Below are positions 37,501-50,843 of a stretch of DNA of 64,000 nucleotides, one piece after another. The notes under the pieces were generated by a model, which did no database searches, had not been told where the DNA came from, and saw only the letters and a program-made list of their open reading frames with translations. Each line of letters opens with the position of its first letter. The stretch's first letter is position 1. Where the stretch lies: assembly GCA_002633005.1 (NCBI GenBank), contig NMRA01000230.1, positions 223,345 through 287,344 of the forward strand, read 5' to 3'. The stretch is from Phoronis australis. Its lineage: Eukaryota > Animalia > Phoronida. Both the position numbers and the translations under genes were made by a program.

Positions 37501-39813
37501 TTTAAAGATACAATTCGCCCTAATGCAAAATCGAATCTGGCCTTTTAGTCTATTTAAAAATCGGTCTAATAAAATTCTTGATGTGATAGGTTTATACGAC
37601 CGTTATTAACAAAAACGCTGAAGCCAATATCGACTCGAGAAAGTGCTGAAGCAGATTTGTTTAGGGTTCGCCAACCCTACTAATTGCGAATTTGAAAATT
37701 GTGCATGGAGCTGTAATTGCCAGCTCAAAATCGGGTGACCTTCATGTGGTACCACCGACAGCTAAGCTGACGAAATGCAGCTTTCGGGTGCGTACCCGTT
37801 TACTACGCACTGGCCCGGCTGTACGCAAAACATGTGAATGTGAATAAAACAATTATTATTTACTACACGGAGGTGTATTTGAGACACATTTGCCTGCGGT
37901 TTGGGGAAAATTTTACCCGGCAAGTGCTTTGCATATACGTATACTTATATACGCATAAACTTCACTTATATTTAGGCGCAGACGGCTTTACACGTGAATG
38001 TGTTACATACTGGGTGTTCTGTTTTCTTTTCGCCAATTATTTTTGTATCTTCTCGTTTTTTTAATTCACTGAATAATGCACGTCATACAGCGACTGTGGC
38101 AGTAACGGAAAAGTCATGTGCCTCAGTCACACTGGCGCTATCTTCAAAAAATCACATCATGGCCGCCTATAATTACGAATATTGGGACAGATTCGTATAC
38201 AGCACAAAGGCCGACGTGTGTACACGCTCCATGGTAATGCGACTAAACTAAGCTACAGCAATGAGACAATTGGCATGCATGCTTCATATTTTACTTTGAA
38301 CTAATAAATTGCAATATACCAGATTTCCATATGTCTAGGGTTTCTTACGGTGCCTATTTCTATATGTTTTCGTTATAAAATATTCAGACCGCAATTATCA
38401 AGAAGGGACCTCAGGCTGGGTTAGGCCGAGACTAGGCCCATAGGCATCCATCTGATGAACGGAGATCGAACGTAGGCCTACTCGTGTACAGTTACGTCAG
38501 TGTCATCCGGAACTGAATACCACGCCAGTGGCCCGTCTCAAACTCAGTACGTCGGCGAGGGACGGTCGTCTTCTCTGCCCGCGTTGTCTGCCCAAAACTC
38601 TTAATTAATCTCTCACGCCCGCATTCCCTGCTCCGTAGACGCATATTCCCCGAAGTACCATTTCTGAGGCTAAATTAACTTGAAAACTGAAACTACATTC
38701 AGCGGTCATTCAGAGCTATTCCACCCGCCGGGGCAGCGCCGAACTAGCGACACGGCTGCAGATAGAAAATAATCTGAGATCTTTGAATTTTCAGTTGGCT
38801 TGTCTGTGGTGAAAATGGTCCGTAACTAAAATATGGTGTACGAGAGTAGAAGCCATTTTTGTCCTTGGCGTCTGATTCGGGGGGATGTCACTGAGAGCTT
38901 AGTGGGCAGATGTCTTTTAAACACTTTCCGGCGAAAGTGCCACCTCGTAACGTTCAGTGCAGAGTAACTCACTTTCCCCGGTGAGGAAATTTCCACAAAA
39001 AGCCACAAAATTCACGGTTTCTGAAATACGCGCGAAGGAAAAACTCTGTGCTCACCACATAATTTCTAACCTCCCTCCCACTTGATGAATGCGCTCCGAG
39101 TCAGTTGTATAAGGAGACGTGCTTTGTCTTGTGGGAGAATCAACGACTGAAGTGTCGAGCAGTTCCGAAAATCGATTGTTTCTTGAAATTTGAAACTAAA
39201 GGAAAAATACGTTGATATCAACAGGAATTAAAAATCTTTACGAATAAACCCTAAAAATGAAGCGGTGAGCAGGTTGAATTCTGTTTACTGGCAGAGAGCC
39301 ACTTCAACAGTGCAATTTAATCTATCGCGCGTTCCTATATGAGGCCGGTCTTGCACTATAGAGACTGCAGTTAGGCCTACATGGGAACAATGTTTGACGA
39401 GAATTTGAGATTTCAATCCCCCAAAACACTACTAGGCGCTAATAAAGATACCCGGCCTATATCACACTTGACACCAAAAATTTTCGGCCGTAAAATTACT
39501 GATTGATGTCCTTTTGAGCGTCATTAATCACTTGAGTTGGCTATGCATGGGCTTGTGTACACAGGCCTACATTTAGATATTCACTGACACATCACAGACG
39601 GAGATGACCCAAAGCTCGGCAAACCGATAGAACTGCAGTGGTATCAATTTTCATAGTTGCCGTCTGCTCTCCGCTGCAACGTCGATTAGCGTGATTGAGA
39701 CATGAGTCATCCTCCCCCGGCGGCCCGCGACAGCCGTAGAACATGATGACCTACACACCTGAAACGGTTTGTGTCAGAGGTCATCACCAACCTCGTTTTC
39801 AATACAAGCCAAG

Positions 39814-42800
39814 ATGTCGGGGAAGATGAAATATTTAGCTCTGGTGCGGCGAGTTCCGCGTACGTTCTCTGCCAAAGCCCTTAGAAGTAATCCCGACGCA
39901 CAAGTTAACCAAGCAAGGGCCGAACAACAGTTTGACAGATATGTTGAAACCCTTCGGGGAATGGGTACGTAAATTTACACGTCTACATTTTGAAAATCGC
40001 CGGGCATTGATGACAGTGACCTGACCTGTTTTCAAGCTGACTGTTCAGCCGTGTTTTGGTTTTGAACTGGTAACACTGCAACTGCCTTAGGTTTGTTTAA
40101 TGCTTGTGATTTGAGAGGCATGTTTTGAAACGTGTATTTTACCCCTTCCACTAAGGATTTTTTCGAAACATTTTGATTTACCAGACTGAGCTTGAACGTT
40201 TAACTATTTAGGCCATTTCTGATTCAGCCCTTCCGGTTCCCCGACACCCGAATACGGGGTCAACCACCGTGCTCCGTCAGTGACTCACAAGTTCATCACT
40301 TCTGTGGTTGGTCATTAACCAGTGTTAACAGGATAAATATGACAAAAGACAACATACGTTGAAATTGTTGCTGTGGACTAGCTCATACCAATTATAGGGT
40401 TAAAACTTGTCTGTTCTGTTTTTTTCTTCTGGTTATAATATAGGTACGCCTATTGTAAGGAATGCAGCCAGTGGCAGTGACCAATAATTGTTTTTTTATT
40501 TTTGGAATGGACTTTCGTTGACTCACCAGTTGCATAACTGGGTTGAGTTTAGTAACACTAGAACCTCTCTGAAAAGCAAGATTGATTACGTGACGAAGGG
40601 TATTGCAACTTATATTTTAAATGAGAACATGTGATTTTGACTAGCATAGGTACTATCGTTACTGAACTCTGTGATGGCTTACTCCTATTCTGTTTCTACA
40701 AGCTCTTGGACAGACATTGACAAGTCAGTGTTTATTGAATTCAGTTTCAGATTTCCTTGCCAAGCCGTGAAGTGCCCAGGTACTTCATGAGGTGCCCATG
40801 ATTAACTGGAAACAATCACACAAATAAGGCTTTCATCGACAATAAATTCTCTTTAAATACATGAAGACATGATTTCAATTCTCCTTTGCTTCTTGGTGTA
40901 TTGATTGATTGTTGCTTGGTCTTGGATTGATTTTTGTCCTTTTCTACAGTCTCCTTGCTAAACTTGCTTCCATATAAATACAAATGTATGTTGTACCTTT
41001 TAGCCTCTCTGCCTGTGTTGATTTTGTTACCTTGGCTTCTCATTTTCAATCATTATCATATACTGTTATGGAATTGATGGCCCATTGCAAGAAAACTGAC
41101 CTGGCTAGGACAAATCGTAAATTTCAGTCAATTCTATGATAAAATCATAAAATTTAAATTTATCTCAAGACCATTTCAAGATAGAGATATTAAGTTTGGC
41201 CTATTTTTTGACTTTTAAAAGATATGTCTTAATTTTGACTATCCTACCAGTTGTGGAAGTTTCAAAGTTTGCAAGTCAAGAAAAAAATCTTAGACTTTAA
41301 AAGTCAAAACTGACAAGTCATTTTCTTGGAATGGACCACTGGATTTGGTCTTAAATGAGACAGCATTCTATTCATGGCATTCGTTCACAGATCTGTCACC
41401 ATAACATATGAGTGAAGTGTTCGGTAAAAATTCTCCAGTTTGGGATAGTCTCTAAAATTTGGCACAGTCTCTAAAATTTGGCGCATAGAAATTTGACCGT
41501 AATTGAATTTTCTCGTTTCCGATGTTTGGGACACTGTCGATTTTGATATTCATCTTATTTCTAATATTTTGGTTACTGCGTGTATGGATCAATTGAAAAC
41601 AGACTTGACAGTTCTTAAAATTAGCAAAAACAGTTGCTAGGACGACTTTTTTCATGCGTCTTCATACAGAAACTCATAATGGGTGTAACATAGAAGAGAA
41701 TGATCTTTTCTAGTTGATCGTAATTTTTGAAACTTAGACAGTCAGTATGACATATTTCTAATAAAAGTTCTGACCTTAAACAAATAATTAATTTTTTAGT
41801 ATCCCAAACAGAGTTTTTCCTCAATTGTGATAAGTCATTTGCCACGCTGCCGTATTTTGAGAACCATTTTTTGTTTGTTACTTAGTGGAGAAAACTGGTT
41901 CTCAAACTGCGGGGCACCCTGTAAGTGACTGCTAAGTGCTAAGTAATGAAATTGTTGCAAAGTCTGCCCCCAAGACAAGTGTGTTGCATCTTTGTGATAA
42001 TTGACTCGTTATGATACTATAGATGCTTGGTGACCTAATTCCCCCTCCAGCCACCGATTGTGTTTGAGTTTTCAACAGTGTTCACAGTACAATCTCTCTA
42101 ATACACGACACAACATGGCCGACAAGCGAAATTATTTTATCATTTTCCATGCAATATATGCAGCTGTACCAAATTAAATGCTTTTCCATGTTCAAGTTTT
42201 CTACATCAACTACCATCAGACGAAGTTTTGAAAATGGTGGGTATTTGCAACAATGCTAGAAGCTATAATGTTTTGTCCGAAATAGGTGATATTTTACTGT
42301 AAATCTTTACGCACACTAGTTGTACATGAAGCTGGTACCATAGTGCAAGATGTTGGTTGTTGCAGAAATCAACATTCTGGAGTTGGAGGAGGATGATAAC
42401 TACCCTGATAGTGTGTTTGTGGAGGATTGTGCAGTGGTGATCAACGAGACAGCCCTGATCTGTAGGCCTGGGGTGGACTCGCGGCTGGGAGAGGTGAGTA
42501 GGGGAAATAGGGCGTAGACTGCGCAGTGATGATAAATGAAACAGTCCTGATTTGTAGGCCTGGAGTGGACTCACTACTGGGAAAGGTGAGGGGAGAAATA
42601 GGGCGTAGACTGTGCAGTGATGTTAAAAGAAACGGCCCTGATTTTTAGACACGAGGTGTAGTCACAGCTGGGAAAGATGACTGGGGAAATAGGACGTAGA
42701 CTGTGCATTATTGATAAATGAAACAGAGCTCATCTATAGACCTGGGGTGGACTCACGGCTGGGCAAGGTGAGTGGAGAAGAGATAGGAGATGGACTGTAT

Positions 42801-45800
42801 AACTGTGATCGATGAGACAGTCCTGATTTGTAGATCTGGGGTGGGAGAGATGAGTGGGGAAAATAGGGCGTAGACTGTGCAGTGATGTTAAATGAGGCAG
42901 CCCTGATCTGTAGGCCTGGGGTGGAGTCATGGCTGGGAGAGGTGAGATGGAAAGAAGGGGGGTGGACTCGTGGGATGGAGTAAGGAGTCTGAAAGGTGTA
43001 GCGCATGGGGAATGGTGTTTAGTGGTGGGAGGTGGACGCAATGTAGAACTTAAAAGGTAGGGGTGATGATGAGTGACGTGGGTGTATTCACGGTTGAAAG
43101 TGGGTTGTCTTGGAGTGTAGTGGATAAGGAGTGATCATGAGTTACTCGGGTGGATTAACGGTGGGGATTTTTATTTTCTTTTCGCTAGTGTTATAGTACC
43201 TATATACTTAAAGATTCGCCATATATGTGTTCTCTGTGGAACACTGTAGGTATATCAAATATGCACTTAGATGGACAATTAAGTGTCACTTAAGATAACT
43301 ATGGTTATGGAATCTATACTGTCCAGACTCACACATGATGTCAGAGCTAACTGATGTCTGCAGGTGTATGGTACTAAGTGAACAGCTGTAAATGGTTCAT
43401 CTTCATTTATTAAGTGAACACAGTCAGTACTACCAGGAAGAGATAACTCTACCTGTGACAGGTGTTCTTTGCTGTATCGACGGGACAGGTGTGATTCATT
43501 GACTATACTCTACTTCTTATCCCAATAGTTATGCCATAATTACTGCGTAACTGTATTGTTACTATTACTGTTACTGTGTACATTTAGTATACAATATTTG
43601 TTATTATCATTATTATTGTTTTATTTGTGTTTGTTTGTGCCCACATGAAGGCAGTGTTTATATCTGAACAAAGAAGGCATATAACTTAGTTTATTTGGAA
43701 CCTCACGTCTTTTGTGCATGGCGGCAACTGGGATTCTGACTGCAGGTGCAAACAGACAGTGAACTGGCATCATATTTGCGCACACTTCTTATCCACGTTT
43801 CTTAGGACGACACGGGAATCCCTGGGAAACCCCCACAGCATTGCCGTTATCCTAATGAAGCAAAGCACAGTTTTTTATAATTTGTTTATTCACTTTCAAA
43901 TAACAATTGCATAATATTTATAATTATTATGGTTTTATGACATGACATGAGATAAGTTATATAACTACAGTAAAATTGTCCAGTTTTAGACGGTCTCTAA
44001 TATTTAGGACTTGGAAACTCCTACAAAAGTTGATTTTCTTGATTCTGAAATTTGGGACAAGGGAGATTTTGATGTTCACCATATTTCTCGAATTTCGGAC
44101 AATGTGTTCTCACTGTAAAGGGTGGGGTATTTTGCCGTCTTTCCAGCGATTTTTCAATTTGGAATGGCTGCTATTGTCTGTTTCTAGAATTTGGTACAAG
44201 TTTCAACTAAAGCAAAACGTTTGAATTTTCTCCATCCCAAATTGAGGAATTTTTACAGTGGTCTTAATCAAAAGATATGTTTTTTCTCAAAAGGAAGATT
44301 TATATAGTTCCGTATAGTGTCCACAGGTTCTTGGGCTTATTTTTATGTCTCTCCTCCATCCGTTTGTGATAGATGATAAGTATTCTCTAATAGTGTTCAC
44401 TATCTTTGGTAACACTGTGCACAATTGCCGAGTTAGCATAAAAGTGAAGTGGCCAGCAATGAAGTGAAGTGGCCAGCAATGTGCCGTCAATGGATATGTG
44501 ATAACAGTCTGTCAGGAAGTTGCATGCCTTGGTGATGTGAGGTTTGGGATGGGATTCCACAACTATGTGTTCTTGCCTGGGACTGTTGTGATGACCTTTC
44601 ATAACTAGGGAAATATGGCTCAGTGCAGTGGTTGATTATAACATGATTCATAATATGTGCTGGTAGGAATTTCTCTTTACTGCTCATAGGGGATTGCTTT
44701 AGCTTATTCACTTATAAATTTGTCCCTGATTCTCATTGCTAGGAAATTAGGATGGCAGCTATCATGGCATTCAACTGGTTTTATGGAAGTTTTATATTAT
44801 TGTGCAGCAAAACATTGGGCTCTAGAGGGTTTTCTACATTATTGGGGTTTGAGACCAGTTTTGCCCCGTAATATAAGTGCGGTTGTGTCATCAGCACGAT
44901 TCCTATCATTTGTGGTTTTATGAAGAAATCACGTTAAGTTTGTGCTGTAACAAAAATGGTTTTGCGTGGAAATTCAACTTAGAATATTAAATTAACTAAA
45001 TAATTTTTTTTCCGTTGTCTGCTTGAGGAAAGTATGCATAGCAGTACTGAAGGAAAATGGGAAATTTTACGGAAATCCTGTTCTGGACCGTTTAGAAGTC
45101 TGGAATTACGTAAGTTTTCTTAAATTAAGAATTTGGTGCTGTGAATGATGTTTTTTTTTTGTTATAAGTTCTGGTTTTGAATTGTTTCAACAATTTTTCA
45201 CCCGTCATCTTGAACAGGAGAACAGTGTGCGCCAAGCATTGATGAACATTCGGGAGTTGAACATTATGGAGATGGAAAATGCCCAGGCTAAACTGGACGG
45301 TGGAGATGTGCTTTTCACGGGTGAGTGAACGTCTTGGGTAGTGTTTTGTTAGTGGTCAAATTTGGTGGGGCTTATTTTGACGCTCTCACAAAACATGCAC
45401 GTCCCTTTGACGCACAATGTTGAATGTTTTCACTTCTAATGCTCGTCAGTTGTAGAAAAAGGAACTTGTTCCCTGCGCTAATGAATTGAAGTCTAAATTT
45501 CACTTTTTATTTTTGTTTCAGCTGTTTTTTGCCTACATATAACACAGGCGGGCGTATCAATTTTTGTATAGTAAAATCTCACGAATTTCAGACAAGACAA
45601 AAATGATTGCCAAAGTTTTCAAGATCATCTTACGTTTTGAATGTCCATAATTTTTCAAAATATTTTCTGACAGTAGCTATAATTATGCACCTTGAACATG
45701 GTAAAGATTTAATTTAATGTTACATATCTGTTATGAAAAAAGAGAGAGAACATTTCATTTGTTTGCCATATTGGGTCCTAAATTTCATAAAAAGAAGTTG

Positions 45801-48800
45801 GTGTTTATTGACACTCTTATTTGTTTTCATATTATACATACTGTCGGGAATTTCCCAAAACAGGCCCGTGGGGCTTGGAAGTGGTCTTTCAAAAACTTCA
45901 AATGAAAACCGAATATACCTCCGAGATTTTTTCGGAAAGGAGAATGTGTTTTCGGAAACTGCTGGAAATAATACAGTAGTAAGAATTTTATTCGTCCATA
46001 CTTATTTCGCATCCTTGTGATACAGTTGGTTAACAGTGAAGTCACCCAGTGTTACAAATGGTCGACACACAATTCCAAAAAAATTCCTTGCCAACATCAA
46101 AACATATTACGTACATATTTTAGAACAATCCGTCAGATTTTCATAGCATGCAAATAGTTATCCAATATATGCCCTATTTTCAGAAATACTTGGTATTTGG
46201 CAGTCTCCATGTTTTACTTGAAACTTTCAAGGGTCCACCATTTTAAGAACCAGTTTTATGCCTGTTATTCATTGGAGAAAACTGGTTCTCAAAATGTGGA
46301 ACCTCTGTCGGTGACTGTTGTCCATTCCTGCATGGACCCGTATTACCACTTTATGAAATTGGGAAGCCTTATGTATTCATTAAAATTGCCAAGCTTACGG
46401 TAAAAATTCCCAAATTTAGGACAGTCTCCCAAATTCCGGACACCTAAATCCAACCTCAAACATAATTTTTTTGATTTTGAAATTTGGGACTCAGGCAAAT
46501 TTGGCATTCACCTTATTTCTCAAATTTCGGACACATTAATTTTAGCGGCACTGGCCGTAATTCTCACATTTCTGACAGTGCACTTTTTCCCATGAACGGT
46601 GATTATTAGTATTTACAAGTCATTTAAAACTGCCACCGGTGCTATGTATTGACTGATGTTGCAGTCTATAGTTATTGACGGCGATGGTTCCTGTATATCT
46701 CGCACGTTTTCTTGTCATAATCACGGACTAAATTTGGAAATTTTTACCGTAAATAATTGTTGATGGCAATCATTCTGTTGCGTTATTTTAATATTGGAAA
46801 ATTTTAGTCAAGCAAACGAGAAAAGAAATGACTAAGGTAATTCCTGATTGAAACTAAATGTTGAAAAATTGAATCGTCAACAACAACAAACGTGGTCAAA
46901 TTAATACTTTTTTGTTTTAACAGGTATTCCCAAATTAAAATATCAAATTAGAAGTGGATTAGTGATGTTTAGATGTTTGGAAGGCTGCTAGGTCTTTGAA
47001 AGTTTATTTTTAAAATCATGAGAGTAAATTGCTTGTTTAGTACGATGATATAATTACCCGTAACATGCAAAACATTTTAAACAAGCTTCTGTTGGTAGTG
47101 GTATTGTCTTTTGACGCTAATGCCATCTATTGCAGGCCAAGAAATCTTTGTCGGTATCTCGTCGCGTACAAACATGGCTGGTGCACAGGCAGTGGCCAAG
47201 ACATTCGTAGACTTCGCCGTCACACCAGTCCATGTGCCCCCTGGTGTCCTCCACTTGAAGCAGTGCATTACTGTGATCCACGAGAACGTGTTAGCTGTTG
47301 GCAGCTCTGACAATGCCAAGAAAATGTTTGCAGTATGTAGTATTTTGTTTGTATTTTTGGAATTTTGCCTACACCGTTGCCCAAATTTTAGCATAAACTA
47401 TCAACTAGTACCTTATTCGGGTTCGAATTTCTAAGACATCATTTTGGACTTTTTAAAAATAGAAAATCATTGTGGTTGCATTCTGAACTCAGTACATAGA
47501 ATTGTTAAGTTGTTGTTTGATGTGCGTTCAGCATTGCAGTTGTCTGTTCAGACACTAGATGGAGTAGATGTTGGGCCCTTAAAGGACACTGTTATCTGTT
47601 AACCTTACATAGGCCTACTAATGTCACAGTGCCTCATTGTTGTTGTGTCCCGTGAGAAACTTTAGGGGCCCGTTTTAAAAAAACTACTTGCCTGTGTAGG
47701 AATTGCAGAATTGATCCCTCTTTATATATATTAGTCTGACAGAAAGCATAGCATCACGTTCTAAGTCATGTGCCTGCGACCAGCCTAGCTATGACTGTAC
47801 ATATTTCCTTTGATAAAGGAAGCCTCAGAAGTATCCCTGTGCCCAGACTTCAACCTATAGTTCATCCATATGGTACTTGTAGGATTTGCAGAAGCAACCC
47901 CTCTTCATATTTTCATGGATATTAGTCCGATACAATGTTCCCGCTGTTTGAGAACCAGATTTCTCCATTGAATAATGGGCATCAACTGGTTCTCAAAATG
48001 CGAGCACGTTATAACAGTGTATTGCCCATTCTTGCATACCCACACCTGTGACCTTCATCCTTCCACCGACAATAGTCACTTATTAGGGCCACGTTTTGTA
48101 AGAACCAGTTTGATGCTTGTTACTCAGTAGAAAACAACTGGTTCTAGCAATGCAGAACCCCTGAAAGTAACTATTACCTGTACAGCTGTTCACCTCCTCT
48201 CATCATGTATGTCTCACTCCAGGAGCTGCAGAAACACTCCTCGTTTGGCTACTATGTGGTGTACTTGAATAACGACTATGCTGCCAACGTGCTGTTTGCT
48301 AATGGCAAGATCCTTCATCTCTCCAAGGACAACATCCCTGAAGACTGGAGGGTGAGTTGATATTTCTACACTTTAGTTCACGAAAAAACAAATTTTATCT
48401 AACCATGATATCAGTTGATCAAAACGTGAGCTGTACCTTACGTCAGTAATACAATACTTCAAAGCTTGGTTCTGCTTGAGTAATAGTATATGTAATACAG
48501 CCAAACCTAGCCAAGGGAACTTCGAAATTTCTCTGCTATATAAAAATATTTTGTTGTCACCTTGGACTTCAGGTCATTTGCCACTTGACTGATTCCTGCT
48601 ATAACCCTTTTGCCATCGGTATTTATAAATATTATTGTCGAGAATGCTGTTTCATGACCCTCACGCCCCCCGACCTATTAAAAGCAACTGCATGTTGACT
48701 TTGCGCATCACTGGTTTTAACCAGCTTTGCAAGCCTGATGCCTGTGCTTTTTTACTTGTATGATTAGCCTAATAAAAAGTACTCGTGCAGTCTTCATTTT

Positions 48801-49026
48801 CTACATTGACATACCTAGACATCTTGACAATCTCTTGACCTTTTGACCTTTGTAGATCTTTGAGAGCAAGTTCAACTACAGCGGTCGTGTTGAGACTGAC
48901 CTTGATGAGTTCCTGAAGGTCGACGGTGACCTCACTGGTTTGTCTGTCATCATCCCAATACAGCGCAATCCCAAGTACTTCCAGTCTACACTGAGGAGAG
49001 GGCAACATGACCTCTGGAAGAAGTAG
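39814..49026 (+). CDS. DDAH: DDAH family, paralogue B (292 aa; Gly at nucleophile position)
   Basis: Exons 39814-39964, 42366-42493, 45218-45320, 47136-47332, 48223-48351, 48856-49026 total 879 nt in frame. Internal exon lengths (128/103/197/129) are identical to paralogue A. Motifs YPDSVFVEDCAVV, AKLDGGDVLFTG, VGISSRTN, LHLKQ, AANVL, EFLKVDGDLTGL. Confidence 0.93.
42424..42975 (+). repeat. ~91-bp degenerate tandem repeat of DDAH-B exon 2 3' end plus donor (~6 copies)
   Basis: Copies of GACTGTGCAGTG...CTGATCTGTAGGCCTGGGGTGGACTC...GGGAGAG|GTGAG; intact GTGAG donors at 42494, 42586, 42768, 42942. Confidence 0.9.
46398..46749. mobile_element. Tc1/mariner-type MITE with TA target duplication (related copies ~41420-41620, ~43968-44260)
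   Basis: TA|CGGTAAAAATTCCCAAATTTAG ... CTAAATTTGGAAATTTTTACCG|TA; internal AAATTT(G/C)GGAC subrepeats. Confidence 0.75.
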
Positions 49027-49602
49027 GTCGTCGGGTCAACAATATGTACCGGGTCATGACCAGCAGGGGAGACAACCAGGGCCAATCGGTTGCAGGCTTT
49101 TTTTAGAATTTCCTCGGCATATTGGTGTTGTGTGTAGGTTCAGGTGTGATGTGGTGCCCCCTGTAGGTGCTGCTCCATTTACTGTCTGGCTCTCGGTCTG
49201 GCTCTTGACAGTCCACATAGGTGACTACTTGAAGGTTATTCACGCCTCCTGGTGGACACCTGAGTGAATCATGTGTTACATCAATCATATGCGCTGTGCT
49301 TTTTATGTTTTTACAAGCAAAACTTTATCATTAGCATTTAGGGTTTAGTTGATTGATTGTATTTATTCTTCCTAAAAACGTCAGGTCTTGTTTCCAAACC
49401 AGACAAGTGTTTAGACATTTGGATATATTCAAACAGATGTGCCTGTGCTTGCTTAGACATGTTTGGTTCATAACTTTAGGAATGTATTTGGTGATACTAG
49501 TGTTTCAAGTGTTACGTGAGACCATGCGAGCTGCTGAGGTATTCCGTCGTGAATTACAAGCGTGACCTCTCCAGGTAGCTGCTAGTAGTAATGAATGCAC
49601 AC

Positions 49603-49728
49603 CAAGCTTATTTGAAGGTGGAATATGTTTACTGCCTATGTATTCAAGCTTATTTGAAGGTGGAATATGTTTACTGCCTATGTATTCAAGCTTATTTGAA
49701 GGTGGAATATGTTTACTGCCTATGTATT
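49603..49728. repeat. 42-bp tandem repeat x3 downstream of the DDAH-B stop
   Basis: CAAGCTTATTTGAAGGTGGAATATGTTTACTGCCTATGTATT, three identical copies. Confidence 0.92.
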
Positions 49729-50843
49729 GTATAGCAAAAATGTTTGTTGTGTAGAAATTTGTAAATTTACACCAACTTAACTTTTACGCTACTTTTTGGG
49801 TGCTTAGTATTGGAAGCATTTGATGGAACTATTTTGAAGTAGTAGCTCAATAAAAGGGTGTTTACATTGTAGTTTAGCCGATTTTTGTATGACGATTTTT
49901 TATTTCTCGCGAGCAAATTTAGACAAAAGTTGAGAGAATGTATGTATTTATCCTTGAACTTTGACTGTTTTAGACTTTTTCAACGCTGTCTTGGAAGGGA
50001 CCTTTGTATCAAGCTTGGATTTTTCTGTTTCTCTGAGATTTGATTATGAGCTAAAAATTTAATTGAAGTGCACGAATCTCAGTAAGGCTACCCTACTAGT
50101 GTTGTGCTTTTTTCAAACTTTAGCCACGGTGTTTAAGAATTATCACGGATTTTCGATTTTTGTTAACTTGCCATTCCGAAAAATAAAAATTTACCTCAGC
50201 ACGGATGACTGCTCATCCTTAGATAGCTAGCCATTTGTTGAACGATGTGGTCACTTGTTGGTTGTGCCATCTGGTGTCAAAGTTTATGATGCCATGTGTT
50301 GGTTGTAATCATCATCTAGCACCCTCTTTTGGCTGTTAATCTTGGCAGATACTCCTCCATTGACTTGCCAATAATGAACGCCAGGTACAGTACCTGATGT
50401 GTAACTTTTGCATTACATTTAAAGTTTCCAACATGGCGAGCTAGGGGACCTTACTTTACTCCACTTCCCTCTGCAAAGTAGATTTATTCAACCTGGCATT
50501 TTACAATATTTTGCTTTTGGCTGTGGCCGTGTTGGTCTCTTTGGCCTGATTATTGCCCTATGTGTCTTGAATGTGAGAAGTGTTGCTTTATTTTGTATTT
50601 CTGGGTGTCCAATAATTCGGTCCATCTGATGATTGACAGCTAGGGTTGTAGTCCATCTGTTGATTGACAGCTTGGATGGCGTATCTGCCCACTTCTCTGG
50701 AAGGGTTAATAATGCTGCATTGTTATTTCACTGGCTCTTTGGATTATGTGACTCTGCTTTTAATTTTAGTGAAGCTTATGTTTGTAAAAATATAGGATCT
50801 ATTTAGTCGCTGCAATAAACCATTTTAGCTTATTTTAGCTTGA

